In this document: in pieces, positions 1 to 9,290 of the stretch
How positions within the stretch are numbered: the stretch's first letter is position 1
Layout: each line of letters begins with the position of its first letter
DNA from: an uncultured Verrucomicrobiota bacterium
Lineage (GTDB): Bacteria; Verrucomicrobiota; Kiritimatiellia; CAIQIC01; CAZMXS01
Reading direction: 5' to 3'
NCBI GenBank assembly: GCA_964570325.1
Contig: CAZMXS010000009.1
Coordinates: 29,894-93,893 of the forward strand
Length of the DNA: 64,000 nucleotides
Notes under the pieces: generated by a model
What the model saw: the letters and a program-made list of their open reading frames with translations, nothing else
Told to the model about the DNA's origin: nothing
Databases searched by the model: none
Made by a program: the position numbers and the translations under genes

Positions 1-159
1 ACCCTGCACATGCCCATGGTGGAACTGGGCGAGGAAGCGGCCCGCCTGTTGCTGGACCGCTTGGACGGCCGGCGCGCCGGATTGAGCACCCGCCATGTCA
101 TGCTGAACATGACGCTCGTCGTGCGCGCCAGTTCGTTCTTCAAGTGCCACATCAACTAA
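1..159 (+). CDS. C-terminal fragment of a LacI/GalR-type transcriptional regulator (5' end outside window)
   Basis: Frame 1 is open from the window edge to TAA at 157-159. The tail LLLDRLDGRRAGLSTRHVMLNMTLVVRASS resembles LacI-family C-termini. Only 52 aa are visible. Confidence 0.4.
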   Translation, partial: TLHMPMVELGEEAARLLLDRLDGRRAGLSTRHVMLNMTLVVRASSFFKCHIN

Positions 160-304
160 CCCGCCGCTTCGGTTCCGCGCCGCCGGGCTGCCGCCGCATT
201 TTTCACGCTCCGGTTGATCTTGAGCTTCCGGCCGATTGGCTATATTCTCGGCCACCATCATCAGAAAGCAGCGCCAGAGCTTATGGCCGGCGCGAGGAGT
301 TAAG

Positions 305-1006
305 ATGAGTATTGGCCGATATTTTCGCGCATATCTGGTTGGCGGGATGCTGGCGGCGGTTGGGTTGAGCGCCTGCCGCTCGACGTATCAAGGCGAACGG
401 GCCGAGCCGTCCGGTTTTCTCGGCGATTATTCCCAGTTGCAGAAGAGCGACAAGGTCAAAGCGCTGCTTTTCTATTATGACCCGCAGGCGGATTTCAGCC
501 GCTACACCAAGATCATGCTGGATCCGGTCCGAATCTATGCCGGTGAGGACGGGCGTTTGGGACAGTTGCCTGGGACAGAGGCCACCAACCTGGTCAACTA
601 CATGGATGCGACGCTGCGCCGGCATCTTTCAAACGATTATACGTTTGTTACCACCCCCGGACCCGATGTGTTGCGCCTGCGTGTGGCGTTGACCCATCCA
701 AAGAGTTCGCCGGTGGTGCGGGATATTATTTCCACCGTTCTTCCCTACAGCGTGGCTTTCAGCGCCTTGAAAAAGGTAACGACGGGTTCAAACCTGGCGG
801 TGGGGTCCGCGGGCATGGAGGCTGAAGGGCTCGACTCCCTGACCGGGAAGCGTCTGTTTGCCACATTGGATTTGCAGATCGGCCGCAAGGTCACGTGGAA
901 ATTCAACAAGCTCGAAGCCTGGCATGCCGTGCAGGACGCCTGCGACTTCTGGGCGGAACGTTTCCAGGACCGCCTGCACCGGGCGCGCCTGCGAAACAAG
1001 AGTTGA
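305..1006 (+). CDS. DUF3313-like lipoprotein
   Basis: Within ORF 236..1006, the internal ATG at 305 gives MSIGRYFRAYLVGGMLAAVGLSAC, a signal peptide with lipobox LSAC. The body resembles DUF3313 lipoproteins. Confidence 0.55.
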   Translation: MSIGRYFRAYLVGGMLAAVGLSACRSTYQGERAEPSGFLGDYSQLQKSDKVKALLFYYDPQADFSRYTKIMLDPVRIYAGEDGRLGQLPGTEATNLVNYMDATLRRHLSNDYTFVTTPGPDVLRLRVALTHPKSSPVVRDIISTVLPYSVAFSALKKVTTGSNLAVGSAGMEAEGLDSLTGKRLFATLDLQIGRKVTWKFNKLEAWHAVQDACDFWAERFQDRLHRARLRNKS

Positions 1007-1309
1007 GCGCGCCGGCCCTCCTCGTCCGCGACAAACCAAACATGAGCGGCGTGGTTGAAGTTGCCCGCCTGGAATCCAAGCCCGCCGTCGCCGCTGCCGA
1101 AATCCAGAACCCGCAGCCCGCGCAACAGGACGCGGATCAAAAGGTGTTGTCGCGTTTGTACTCAGCCACAAATGCCGCCGCGATTCATGCGCATTCTCCG
1201 CTTGTCACTTTTACGCTTCCGGCATAAACTGGAAATGGAGGCGGAGCCCTATCCATTCTGGAGCTGACCATCTATAATAAATCAGTCAATTCATCCCCAA
1301 GGAGACATC

Positions 1310-2062
1310 ATGGCATCCGATCTGGAAAAGATATTGCGTCCGGTGGACACGCCCGTGCCGCCGTTTCCCCCCAAGTTCATGAAGCTGGCCAGCGGGGAGG
1401 ATATGGTGGTGCGTCAGGTTGACCGCGATGAAATCCCCGACATCCTTCCGTACGTCGAACCGCTGCTGCACGTCGAGCGCGATTACTACGATATCGTCTC
1501 CGCCCGCGTCTATGCCGAGCTGCTGGCCTACTATCGCCACCGCGTGCAGGATGAGTATGTGCTGGTCGCGCAGATTGACGGCGAACTGGCGGCGATTGTC
1601 AACGGTCGTTTCCGCGACAAGGACGTCGGCGTCTCCTTCCATACCCTGGCCCTGCGGCGCGGGTTGCGCGTCGGCGCGCACGCCTTTGCCGCGAAGATGG
1701 AATATCACATGGATATCGTCGGGCAAAAGGAAGTGTTGATCGTCGCCGAATCACCGATCGGGTTCCGGCGCTGGATGATCGAATACCAGCTCGAAAAACG
1801 TTTCGACATTCCACACGAACTCGGCGGCGTGCCGTCCTATGCGCTGACCAAGGCCCTGTTCGACCGCGCGCGCAATACGCTGGTGGTCGGGCGCCGGCCG
1901 GTGCCGAAAGCCTTGCTGGAGAAAGCCCAGGCGGGGATCCGGCCGCCGGCCAACCCGCCCCGGCCGCCGGCGGACCTGCTGGCGGCGGCGCGCGCGCAGA
2001 ACGATTCCACCGGCGCCGCGATTATGCTTCAGCGCTGGAAACAGGAAGGGAAGGTGAAATAA
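1310..2062 (+). CDS. GNAT-like acyl-CoA N-acyltransferase fold protein (function unknown), first gene of a coupled operon
   Basis: AAGGAGA Shine-Dalgarno lies 5 nt upstream of the ATG. The segment LALRRGLRVGAHAF fits the R-x-x-G-x-G/A acyl-CoA binding motif. The stop overlaps the next start (TAATG). Confidence 0.5.
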   Translation: MASDLEKILRPVDTPVPPFPPKFMKLASGEDMVVRQVDRDEIPDILPYVEPLLHVERDYYDIVSARVYAELLAYYRHRVQDEYVLVAQIDGELAAIVNGRFRDKDVGVSFHTLALRRGLRVGAHAFAAKMEYHMDIVGQKEVLIVAESPIGFRRWMIEYQLEKRFDIPHELGGVPSYALTKALFDRARNTLVVGRRPVPKALLEKAQAGIRPPANPPRPPADLLAAARAQNDSTGAAIMLQRWKQEGKVK

Positions 2063-3237
2063 TGCGCGAGGTCTATGCGATTGGCATTGGCATCACGAGT
2101 TTCTCGCGGCTTGAGTATCCGCTCTCGGAAATCGCCGCCTACCCGGCGATGCTGGCTTTGAAGGACTGCGGGTTGTCCAAGGTGGACCACGTTTATGTCG
2201 CCAACATGGGCGCCGGTCGCGTCAATAACCAGACCGCGCTGGCCAGCGCCGTGGTGGATTCGTTGAGCCTGACGCCGGCGGGCGCGGAGACCATCGAGAA
2301 TGGCCCCGCCTCCGGCGCGTCGGCCATCAAGCAGGGATTCATGGCGGTTGCGTCCGGCCTGCATGACGTGGTCTTGGTCACGGGCGCCGAACGGATGCGC
2401 GCGGTGAACAACCTGGAGGCGACGGATTTCGTCGCCACGCTGTCACAGCCGCTGGCGGAATACATCTACGGCGTCACCCTGCCGTCGCTGGCCGCCATGT
2501 TCACGCGGCTCTATATGGAGCAGTACGGCTTGACCGCGCGGCACCTGGCGATGGTCGCGGTCAAGGCGCACGATAACGCGTTGCTTAATCCGTTCGCGCA
2601 TCTGCACCAGAAGATCACCGTCGAGGCCATCCTGGATTCGCCCGAGGCGGAGACCAACAATCCCTATGTGTCCGACCCGCTGCGGTTTTTCGACTGTTGT
2701 CCGGTGTCGGACGGCGGGGCTTGCGTGATCCTCGCGAGCGCGGAGGTCGCCAAGAAAGTCAAGCGCCCGCTGATTCGGCTGGCGGGTGTTGGGCAGGCGA
2801 CCGACACGCATGCCGTGCACGAACGCGAGAACCCGACCGACCTGCTGGCCGTGCGGGCCGCCGCCGCCCAGGCGATGAAGATGGCCGGTATCAAGCCGGC
2901 GGACGTGGACGTGGCCGAACTGCATGACGCATTCACGATCCTCGAGATCGTCGAGAGCGAGGAGGTCGGCTTTTTCAAGAAAGGCGAGGGCCACAAGGCG
3001 CTCGAAAAGGGCGAGACCCGCCTGACCGGCAAAATTCCAATCAACCCGTCCGGTGGGCTCAAGGGCAAGGGGCACCCGGTCGGCGCGACCGGCATCGGCC
3101 AGGCGCACGAGATCATTACGCAACTGCGCGGTGAGGCGAAGCAGCGCCAGGTGAAGAATGCCCGGGTGGGCTTTACCTGCAACTTCGGCGGCTTCGGCAA
3201 CAATGTGGTCTGCCTGACCTTCAAGCGGGAGGATTGA
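2062..3237 (+). CDS. Thiolase-like (SCP-x / archaeal-type) protein, apparently lacking the nucleophilic Cys
   Basis: GHPVGATGIGQ and C-terminal NFGGFG thiolase motifs are present. The expected ACASG active-site loop reads NGPASGAS. Confidence 0.8.
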   Translation: MREVYAIGIGITSFSRLEYPLSEIAAYPAMLALKDCGLSKVDHVYVANMGAGRVNNQTALASAVVDSLSLTPAGAETIENGPASGASAIKQGFMAVASGLHDVVLVTGAERMRAVNNLEATDFVATLSQPLAEYIYGVTLPSLAAMFTRLYMEQYGLTARHLAMVAVKAHDNALLNPFAHLHQKITVEAILDSPEAETNNPYVSDPLRFFDCCPVSDGGACVILASAEVAKKVKRPLIRLAGVGQATDTHAVHERENPTDLLAVRAAAAQAMKMAGIKPADVDVAELHDAFTILEIVESEEVGFFKKGEGHKALEKGETRLTGKIPINPSGGLKGKGHPVGATGIGQAHEIITQLRGEAKQRQVKNARVGFTCNFGGFGNNVVCLTFKRED

Positions 3238-3240
3238 CCC

Positions 3241-3588
3241 ATGACGCTCGAAATCTACGCGTATAAATGCCGGAAATGCGGCCAATTGCATTATCCGTTT
3301 CGGATGGTCTGCAAGCAATGTCATGCGAACGAGCCGCATGCGTTCGATCCCGTGCCGCTGCCGAAAAAGGGGAAGCTGCTGACCTACACGTTCCTGTATA
3401 ATCTGGCGGCGGATTACATGGTGGAGAAACTCGGGCTCGGGATCGTGGAACTGGAGAATGGCCTGCGGATTACCGGCCAGGTCAATATCGCCAATCCGAA
3501 GACCGGCATGGCGGTGGTGGGGCGGGTTGAAGTGGTCCGGCAAAGTGATTCCGGGCGCAATTACGGGATGGTATTTTACAAGGAATGA
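3241..3588 (+). CDS. DUF35 Zn-ribbon/OB-fold protein (thiolase partner)
   Basis: CRKCGQ...CKQCH zinc ribbon followed by an OB-fold-like tail. Lies 3 nt after the thiolase-like gene, the canonical pairing. Confidence 0.8.
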   Translation: MTLEIYAYKCRKCGQLHYPFRMVCKQCHANEPHAFDPVPLPKKGKLLTYTFLYNLAADYMVEKLGLGIVELENGLRITGQVNIANPKTGMAVVGRVEVVRQSDSGRNYGMVFYKE

Positions 3589-4424
3589 CCGGCTTGGTCA
3601 GCGTCGGCGATCGGGTCCGCAACGGGACATACCGGTTGCATTCGCGTTTCCGGCGCGCGGCGAATTTCACCGATGGCCGGTGGCTGGTGACGGTGGCGGA
3701 TGAGACCGTGGGCCCGGGACCGGTGAACCTGGTGGTGCGGGGCGTGGACCTGGCCGGGGTGGATGAAGTGCGGGTCGCGTCCGGATGGGTGCGGATTGGT
3801 ACGCGCCGTTTCCGACGCGGTCGGCGACTGCGATACCGGTCGGACGTGAAAGTGCGATGCCGGGCGCGAACTCGGCTGGATGAACGGTTGCGCGAAATGC
3901 AGGAAGTTTTGATGAAAAGGGCCCATCCGCGCAGTTTGGTGTTTCTACTGCGCGGACGGAGCGTCGCGGCGTTTTCCGCGGGCTTTGAACGGCGCCTGGC
4001 GCGGCGCCTGGCCGCGGGCGCGGCCCGGATGCAAGCCGGCGCGCTGGCGGCGGGCGCGCGGTTACTGGCCGGATGCGGTTGGGGCCGCACGCCGGCCGGC
4101 GACGATTTTCTGGCGGGGTTCATGGCGGGGCTCCAAGCCGCGCACCGCGCGACGGGACGCCGCGTCGCGGCCCGCCTGGCGGCCATTCGCCGAGCCGCGC
4201 CGAGCGGCGATTTATTGGCGCGCACATTTCTGGATCTGGCCTGCGCCGGCTGTTTTCCGGTACGCCTGCAGGCGTTGATTCGGTCCGTGCTGGGCGGGCG
4301 TCCGGCGGAAGTCCGGGCCGGCGCCGTCGGCTTGCTGACCATTGGGGCCACTTCGGGCGCCGACTGGGGGGTTGGTTTTCTGGCCGGTATGCGGCTGTTG
4401 CTGCCGCGGGGAGATGTGCCATGA
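3585..4424 (+). CDS. DUF2877 (YlbF/AllH-like) protein
   Basis: ATGA overlaps on both sides. Arg/Ala-rich 279-aa protein immediately upstream of fdrA, as in ylbF-type loci. Family assignment rests on context plus weak similarity. Confidence 0.55.
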   Translation: MTGLVSVGDRVRNGTYRLHSRFRRAANFTDGRWLVTVADETVGPGPVNLVVRGVDLAGVDEVRVASGWVRIGTRRFRRGRRLRYRSDVKVRCRARTRLDERLREMQEVLMKRAHPRSLVFLLRGRSVAAFSAGFERRLARRLAAGAARMQAGALAAGARLLAGCGWGRTPAGDDFLAGFMAGLQAAHRATGRRVAARLAAIRRAAPSGDLLARTFLDLACAGCFPVRLQALIRSVLGGRPAEVRAGAVGLLTIGATSGADWGVGFLAGMRLLLPRGDVP

Positions 4425-5953
4425 GTATTGTCGGGCGGATCAAAAAAGGCGCGTATTTCGATTCCGTAACCTTGATGCGCGTGGGCCGCGACCTTGGCGC
4501 CCTGCCGGGCGTGGTGGATGCCGCGCTGGTCATGGGCACGAAGGCCAACAAGTCTATTCTACAAGCTTCCGGCCTGTTGTCGCCGGAGCTCGCAAAAGCG
4601 GACGAGACGGACCTGCTGCTGGCGGTTAAGGGCGCGGATGCCGCCAAGGCGCAGGCGGCGCTCAACGCCGCCGAAGCCATGCTGAAGCAGGCCGTACGCA
4701 AGGCCCCTGCCGGCGCCGTGGCGGCCGCGCCGGTCAGTCTGGAGGGCGCGCAGCAACTGCTGCCGGATGCCAACCTGGCGCTCATCTCGGTTGCCGGGCG
4801 CTACGCCGGCCTCGTGGCGGAGGAGGCGTTGGAGCGCGGTCTGCATGTAATGCTGTTCTCGGACAATGTCGCGTTGGAGGACGAAATCCGGCTCAAGCAA
4901 CTGGCGCACCGGAAGGGTCTGCTGGTGATGGGGCCGGATTGCGGCACGGCGATCATCAACGGCGTCCCGTTGGCGTTCGCGAATGTCGTGCCCCGCGGCG
5001 AGATCGGGATCGTCGCCGCCGCGGGCACGGGCCTCCAGGAGGTCAGCACGCTGATTGCCAACCAAGGCGGCGGCATCTCGCAGGCCATCGGCACCGGCGG
5101 CCGCGACGTGAAAAAGGAGGTCGGCGGCATCATGTTCATGGATGCCATCCGGGCGCTGGCCGCCGACCCTGACACCCGTGTCATTCTGCTGGTTTCCAAG
5201 CCGCCGCATCCGGATGTGCAGGCGGCGATCATGCGGTTAATCCGGAAGGCCGGCAAACCGGTGGTGTCGCTGTTTCTCGGCGCGCCGGCCGCGCCGGGCG
5301 AGCCGACGACGTTGGAGGAGGCGGCCCTGACCGCGTTGGCCCGCGCGCGCGGCGAAAACCCGGATAACCTCCGCAAGCGGCTGGCCGAGCGCGAAGTCGA
5401 AATCCGCACCCGCGCGCGCAACGAGGCGGCGCAGATTCGCAAGGGCCGGAAATACCTGCGCGGCCTGTTCAGCGGCGGCACCTTCTGCGCCGAGGCGCAG
5501 GTCATTCTGGAGAAACTGATCAGCGAGGTGTCCTCGAACGCCCCGACCGGCGCGACGCTCAAGCTCAAGGATTCGCTGAAGAGCGTCCGCCACACCGTGA
5601 TTGACCTGGGCGAAGACGAGTTCACCGTCGGCCGGCCGCATCCGATGATTGATTTTTCGCTGCGGAACCGCCGGATTCTGGCGGAGGCGCGCCACCCTGA
5701 AACGGCGGTCATCCTGTTGGATGTCGTGCTGGGTTACGGCGCGCATCCGGATCCCGCCGGCGAGCTGGAGCCGGTTGTCCGCGAGGCGCGCCGGCACCTG
5801 CCGGTGATCTGCTCCATCACGGGGACCGACGCCGATCCGCAGCACCGCCACCGCGTGGAGCAGGTGTTGCGGCAGGCGGGCGCGCTGGTCATGCCCAGCA
5901 ATGCGGCGGCCTGCATGCTGGCGGGGTATATTGTGCGTTTCCTGGGAGAGTAA
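4421..5953 (+). CDS. fdrA: FdrA (AllF-like) CoA-binding / succinyl-CoA-synthetase-alpha-like protein
   Basis: The N-terminus MSIVGRIKKGAYFDSVTLMRVGRDL...VMGTKANK matches E. coli FdrA (IKKGCFQDSVSLM...MMGTPANK). Start taken at the internal ATG of ORF 4073..5953, overlapping the previous stop. Confidence 0.85.
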   Translation: MSIVGRIKKGAYFDSVTLMRVGRDLGALPGVVDAALVMGTKANKSILQASGLLSPELAKADETDLLLAVKGADAAKAQAALNAAEAMLKQAVRKAPAGAVAAAPVSLEGAQQLLPDANLALISVAGRYAGLVAEEALERGLHVMLFSDNVALEDEIRLKQLAHRKGLLVMGPDCGTAIINGVPLAFANVVPRGEIGIVAAAGTGLQEVSTLIANQGGGISQAIGTGGRDVKKEVGGIMFMDAIRALAADPDTRVILLVSKPPHPDVQAAIMRLIRKAGKPVVSLFLGAPAAPGEPTTLEEAALTALARARGENPDNLRKRLAEREVEIRTRARNEAAQIRKGRKYLRGLFSGGTFCAEAQVILEKLISEVSSNAPTGATLKLKDSLKSVRHTVIDLGEDEFTVGRPHPMIDFSLRNRRILAEARHPETAVILLDVVLGYGAHPDPAGELEPVVREARRHLPVICSITGTDADPQHRHRVEQVLRQAGALVMPSNAAACMLAGYIVRFLGE

Positions 5954-5955
5954 GG

Positions 5956-7362
5956 ATGGCCATATCACAATTGTTCAGCCGTGAACTCAAGGTGGTCAAT
6001 ATCGGCTTGACCGCGTTCAAGCAGGCGCTGGACCAGGTGTCGGCCGCATGCGTCCAGGTGGATTGGAAACCCCCGGTGGACGTCGCGCCGGCCCTGCGGC
6101 AGAAGGTTCGCGCGCGGCGGGCGGCGATTGACAAGGCCAATCGGCGGGCGGCGGACCTCATCCAGGCCGGGCGCCCCTGCCTGGTCGGCCTGGCGCGCGC
6201 GCGCGAGGTGATCCCCGGCATGAAGCAAAACATGCTGTTGCACGCCGGGCCGCCGGTGACGTGGGCGCGAATGTGCGGCCCGATGCGCGGGGCGGTCATG
6301 GGCGCCCTCATGTACGAGGGGCGCGCGGCCACGCCGCGGGAGGCCGCCCGCCTGGCGGCGTCCGGCGCCGTGGTGTTCGCCCCCTGCCATGAGCATCGGG
6401 CGGTTGGGCCCATGGCGGGGATCATTTCGCCCTCCATGCCGGTTTTCATCGTGAAGAATGAGGAGTTCGGCAACTGCGCCTACAGCACCCTGAACGAGGG
6501 GCTGGGCAAGGTGCTGCGCTATGGAGCTTACGACGACACGGTGCTCGAACGCCTGCGCTGGATGGCCGACACCCTCTACCCGGCGTTGAAAGAGGCCGTT
6601 GCGCAGGCGGGGCCGGTGGACCTGAAAAATCTGATCGCGCAGGCCCTGCACATGGGCGACGAGGTGCATAACCGCAACCGCGCGGCCACGTCGTTGCTGT
6701 ACCGCGCGCTGGCGCCGGCGGTGGTGCGCACCGCCGGCAACCCCGCGACGGCGGCCGCGGTGCTGGATTTCATCAACCGCAACGACCATTTCTTTCTGAA
6801 CCTCTCGATGGCGGCCGCCAAGGCCACGCTGGACGCGGCGCGCGGGATCAAGGACAGCAGCGTGGTCGTCGTGATGGCGCGCAACGGCACCGAGTTCGGC
6901 ATCCAGCTCTCCGGCACCGACGGCCAATGGTTCACCGGGCCCGCCGAAGTGCCGGATGCGTTGTACTTTCCAGGCTACACCAAGGCCGACGCCAACCCCG
7001 ACATCGGCGACAGCGCGATCACGGAAACCAACGGCCTCGGCGGATTCGCCATCGCGGCCGCGCCGGCCATTGTGCAATTCGTCGGCGGCGCCGCGGAAGA
7101 CGCCGTGCGCTACACGCAGCAGATGTACGCCATCACCGTGGCCGAAAACACGGCCTACCAGATTCCCTATCTTAATTTCCGCGGCACGCCGACCGGCATT
7201 GACGTCATCCGGGTGATCGAACAGAACATCCTGCCTTTTATTGACACCGGCGTGGCCCACAAGGAGCCCGGCGTCGGGCAGATCGGCGCGGGCGTGCTCA
7301 GCGCGCCCCTGGAGCCGTTCCGCAAGGCGTACGAGGCATTCGCGGGAAAACTGAAGCGGTGA
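5956..7362 (+). CDS. DUF1116 (YlbE/AllG-like) protein
   Basis: 468-aa ORF 2 nt after fdrA. Conserved stretch MLLHAGPPVTW...PCHEHRAVGPMAG is typical of DUF1116. Confidence 0.75.
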   Translation: MAISQLFSRELKVVNIGLTAFKQALDQVSAACVQVDWKPPVDVAPALRQKVRARRAAIDKANRRAADLIQAGRPCLVGLARAREVIPGMKQNMLLHAGPPVTWARMCGPMRGAVMGALMYEGRAATPREAARLAASGAVVFAPCHEHRAVGPMAGIISPSMPVFIVKNEEFGNCAYSTLNEGLGKVLRYGAYDDTVLERLRWMADTLYPALKEAVAQAGPVDLKNLIAQALHMGDEVHNRNRAATSLLYRALAPAVVRTAGNPATAAAVLDFINRNDHFFLNLSMAAAKATLDAARGIKDSSVVVVMARNGTEFGIQLSGTDGQWFTGPAEVPDALYFPGYTKADANPDIGDSAITETNGLGGFAIAAAPAIVQFVGGAAEDAVRYTQQMYAITVAENTAYQIPYLNFRGTPTGIDVIRVIEQNILPFIDTGVAHKEPGVGQIGAGVLSAPLEPFRKAYEAFAGKLKR

Positions 7363-7474
7363 CCGCCGCGATTTAGCGCCAATTATCGCGAATTGGACAA
7401 ACGGCTGCCAGCGACCCAAGACTCGAGAACAAGCGACTTGCGATAAGCGGGGGAATGGGAACAATCAGGCGGGA

Positions 7475-7514
7475 TGTTTCGGGTTTGTATTTAGTGCGTT
7501 TCATAATGGATCAT
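7475..7514 (+). promoter_or_regulatory. Degenerate copy of the phased T-tract upstream element (copy D)
   Basis: TGTTTCGGGTTTGTATTTAGTGCGTTTCATAATGGATCAT aligns with the copies at 46004, 30319(-) and 39005(-). Confidence 0.35.
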
Positions 7515-7566
7515 ATTGGCGGAAATCAGCGTTAGTTCGCGGTTCAAAATAGCGGAGGATGACGAA

Positions 7567-8385
7567 ATGAATACCAAGCAGTTCCTCGACTTCATGACCC
7601 GGGCGCGGGTTTATGATTTGACCCAGCGTTTGAGCATTCACACCCCGCCGTGGCCCAGTTATATGCCGCTCGGAATCCAGTATTTCAAGCGGATCGCCGG
7701 GGCGCACATCGGGCAGGGCGCCAACGGACAGATCATCACCACCAGCAACCACGTCGGCACCCACATGGACGGCGAAATTCACTTCCATGCCAGTGGGCGC
7801 TCGATTGGCGATGTGCCGCTCGCCGAGTGGATCGGTCCCGGCGCCGTCGCGGATATCTCGAAGGAAGTCGGGGATTACGACCTGTACACGCCGGAAATGA
7901 TCACCCGCAACGTCGAGGTCAAGAAAGGCGACATCCTGATCATCAACACCGGATATCACCGCTATGCCTGGGATCAGCGGGAGTCGGACGAAGTCCGTTA
8001 CTTCGTCAAGCATCCCGGCCCCGCGCCCGGATTCGACGAATGGGCGCTGAAGATGAAAATCAAATGGATTGGCGTGGATTGCGGGAGCGCCGACCACCCG
8101 ATGAATACGATTATCCGCACCTGGCACCCTGCGCGCTTTGCCGAGGCCGAGGCGAAACTCAAGGCGAAATATGGAAAGGGTTGGGACGAGATGTTCCCGC
8201 CTTCGGATTATTACCAGGTTATGCACTTGAAATTGTTCCCGCGAAAACTGGTGCACGCTGAGAATATCGGCGGGGAGATTGAAAAGGTCAGCAATCAGCG
8301 CGCGTGGATCGGCTGTTTTCCGCTGCGCGGCATCGAAATGGAGTCGGCCATGTGCCGGATTGTCGCGATTCTGCCGCCGAAATAA
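7567..8385 (+). CDS. Cyclase-family protein (kynurenine-formamidase-like metal hydrolase)
   Basis: HVGTHMDGEIH motif (HxGTHxD). GGAGGA SD lies 7 nt before the ATG at 7567, inside ORF 7516..8385. Confidence 0.7.
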   Translation: MNTKQFLDFMTRARVYDLTQRLSIHTPPWPSYMPLGIQYFKRIAGAHIGQGANGQIITTSNHVGTHMDGEIHFHASGRSIGDVPLAEWIGPGAVADISKEVGDYDLYTPEMITRNVEVKKGDILIINTGYHRYAWDQRESDEVRYFVKHPGPAPGFDEWALKMKIKWIGVDCGSADHPMNTIIRTWHPARFAEAEAKLKAKYGKGWDEMFPPSDYYQVMHLKLFPRKLVHAENIGGEIEKVSNQRAWIGCFPLRGIEMESAMCRIVAILPPK

Positions 8386-8480
8386 GCGGGCATTGGCGCG
8401 GGGCAACGAGCATGGCGGTCAGCGGTTGGAATTGATGGGCGGCGCCGCGAATGCGGGCGCCGCCGGGCGGGCAGGCGAGC

Positions 8481-9185
8481 ATGCAAACTTCATCACTGAA
8501 GCAGGACGATTTCGGCGAAGGTGGGCACCAGCAACTGCCGCACATCCTGGTGTCGGATTTCGACGGCACGATGACGCGGCATGACTTTTTTGAACTGGTG
8601 CGGCGGGAAATTCCGAGCACGACGACGGAGGATTACTGGCAGGGTTATCTGGACGGCCGGTACACGCACTTCCAGGCCTTGGCGGAGATTTTCGCGCACG
8701 CCCGCGCGGACGAGGCGACCCTGCGCCGGCTGGCGGGTCGCATGGAGCTGGATTCGCAGCTCAACGCGGCCCTCAGCCGTTTGCGTCGGAGCGGTTGGCA
8801 AGTGGTTATCGCCTCGGCCGGCTGCGAGTGGTACATCCGGCAACTGTTGCAGCCGGTGCACGTGCCGGTCATCATCCACGCCAATCCCGGCGCGCCGCAA
8901 CCCGGCGGCGGGCTGGCGATGCGGCTGCCGGACACCTCGCGCTTTTTGAGCATGGAAACCGGCATTGACAAGGAGGCGGTCGTGCGCGAAGCGATCGCGC
9001 ACGGCGCGGTGGTTGCTTTCGCGGGCAACAGCGCGCCGGATCTCACGCCCGCGCTGCTGGTGCCGCCGGACAAGCGTTTTGCGCGCGGCTGGCTGGCCGA
9101 CCATTTTCGCGAGCAGCAAATACCGTTCCGGTCGTTCGCCAATTGGATGCAAATTGCCGACGCCCTCGCGCGCGACGAGGAATAA
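8481..9185 (+). CDS. HAD-IB family phosphatase (MtnX-like)
   Basis: DFDGTMT (DxDxT) motif I and a later IASAG motif. Start at the internal ATG of ORF 8451..9185. Confidence 0.6.
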   Translation: MQTSSLKQDDFGEGGHQQLPHILVSDFDGTMTRHDFFELVRREIPSTTTEDYWQGYLDGRYTHFQALAEIFAHARADEATLRRLAGRMELDSQLNAALSRLRRSGWQVVIASAGCEWYIRQLLQPVHVPVIIHANPGAPQPGGGLAMRLPDTSRFLSMETGIDKEAVVREAIAHGAVVAFAGNSAPDLTPALLVPPDKRFARGWLADHFREQQIPFRSFANWMQIADALARDEE

Positions 9186-9254
9186 GCGGCAATCCCGGCC
9201 GTTGCGCCCCGCCTGGCCGGCGGCGGGGGTGGGTCTTCGGGTTGGACCATTGCG

Positions 9255-9275
9255 GCGCGCGTCCTGCGCGCTTTT
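9255..9275 (+). terminator. Weak candidate intrinsic terminator between convergent genes
   Basis: GCGCGC-GTCCT-GCGCGC stem-loop followed by TTTT. Confidence 0.3.
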
Positions 9276-9290
9276 ACGATTCCGCCCGGC

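Noticed and set aside
895-1227. Small ORF in the 300-nt gap before the GNAT-like gene, possibly starting at ATG 1042 (MSGVVEVARLESKP...).
   Set aside because: It has no RBS, no recognisable motif or signal peptide, and a composition like the surrounding non-coding high-GC sequence. I cannot support it.
4073-4420. Upstream extensions of ORF-track entries: FdrA from 4073, MFS from 13685, kinase to 30633, VapB from 30221, sulfatase-like 2 from 41030, spermidine-synthase-like from 45938.
   Set aside because: The extensions overlap the preceding genes or intergenic elements and encode Arg/Gly-rich junk. Internal ATGs coincide with homologous N-termini, signal peptides, SD sequences or ATGA coupling.
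5965-7464. 499-aa ORF on the minus strand, antisense to the DUF1116 gene. Similar long antisense ORFs occur at 2443-3543, 20699-21931, 21298-22737, 39400-41229, 56289-57536 and 58872-60680.
   Set aside because: These ORFs are Arg/Pro/Gly/Ala-rich low-complexity translations, typical of stop-poor shadow frames in 65% GC DNA. Each lies opposite a gene with clear family motifs, and none carries a recognisable motif of its own.
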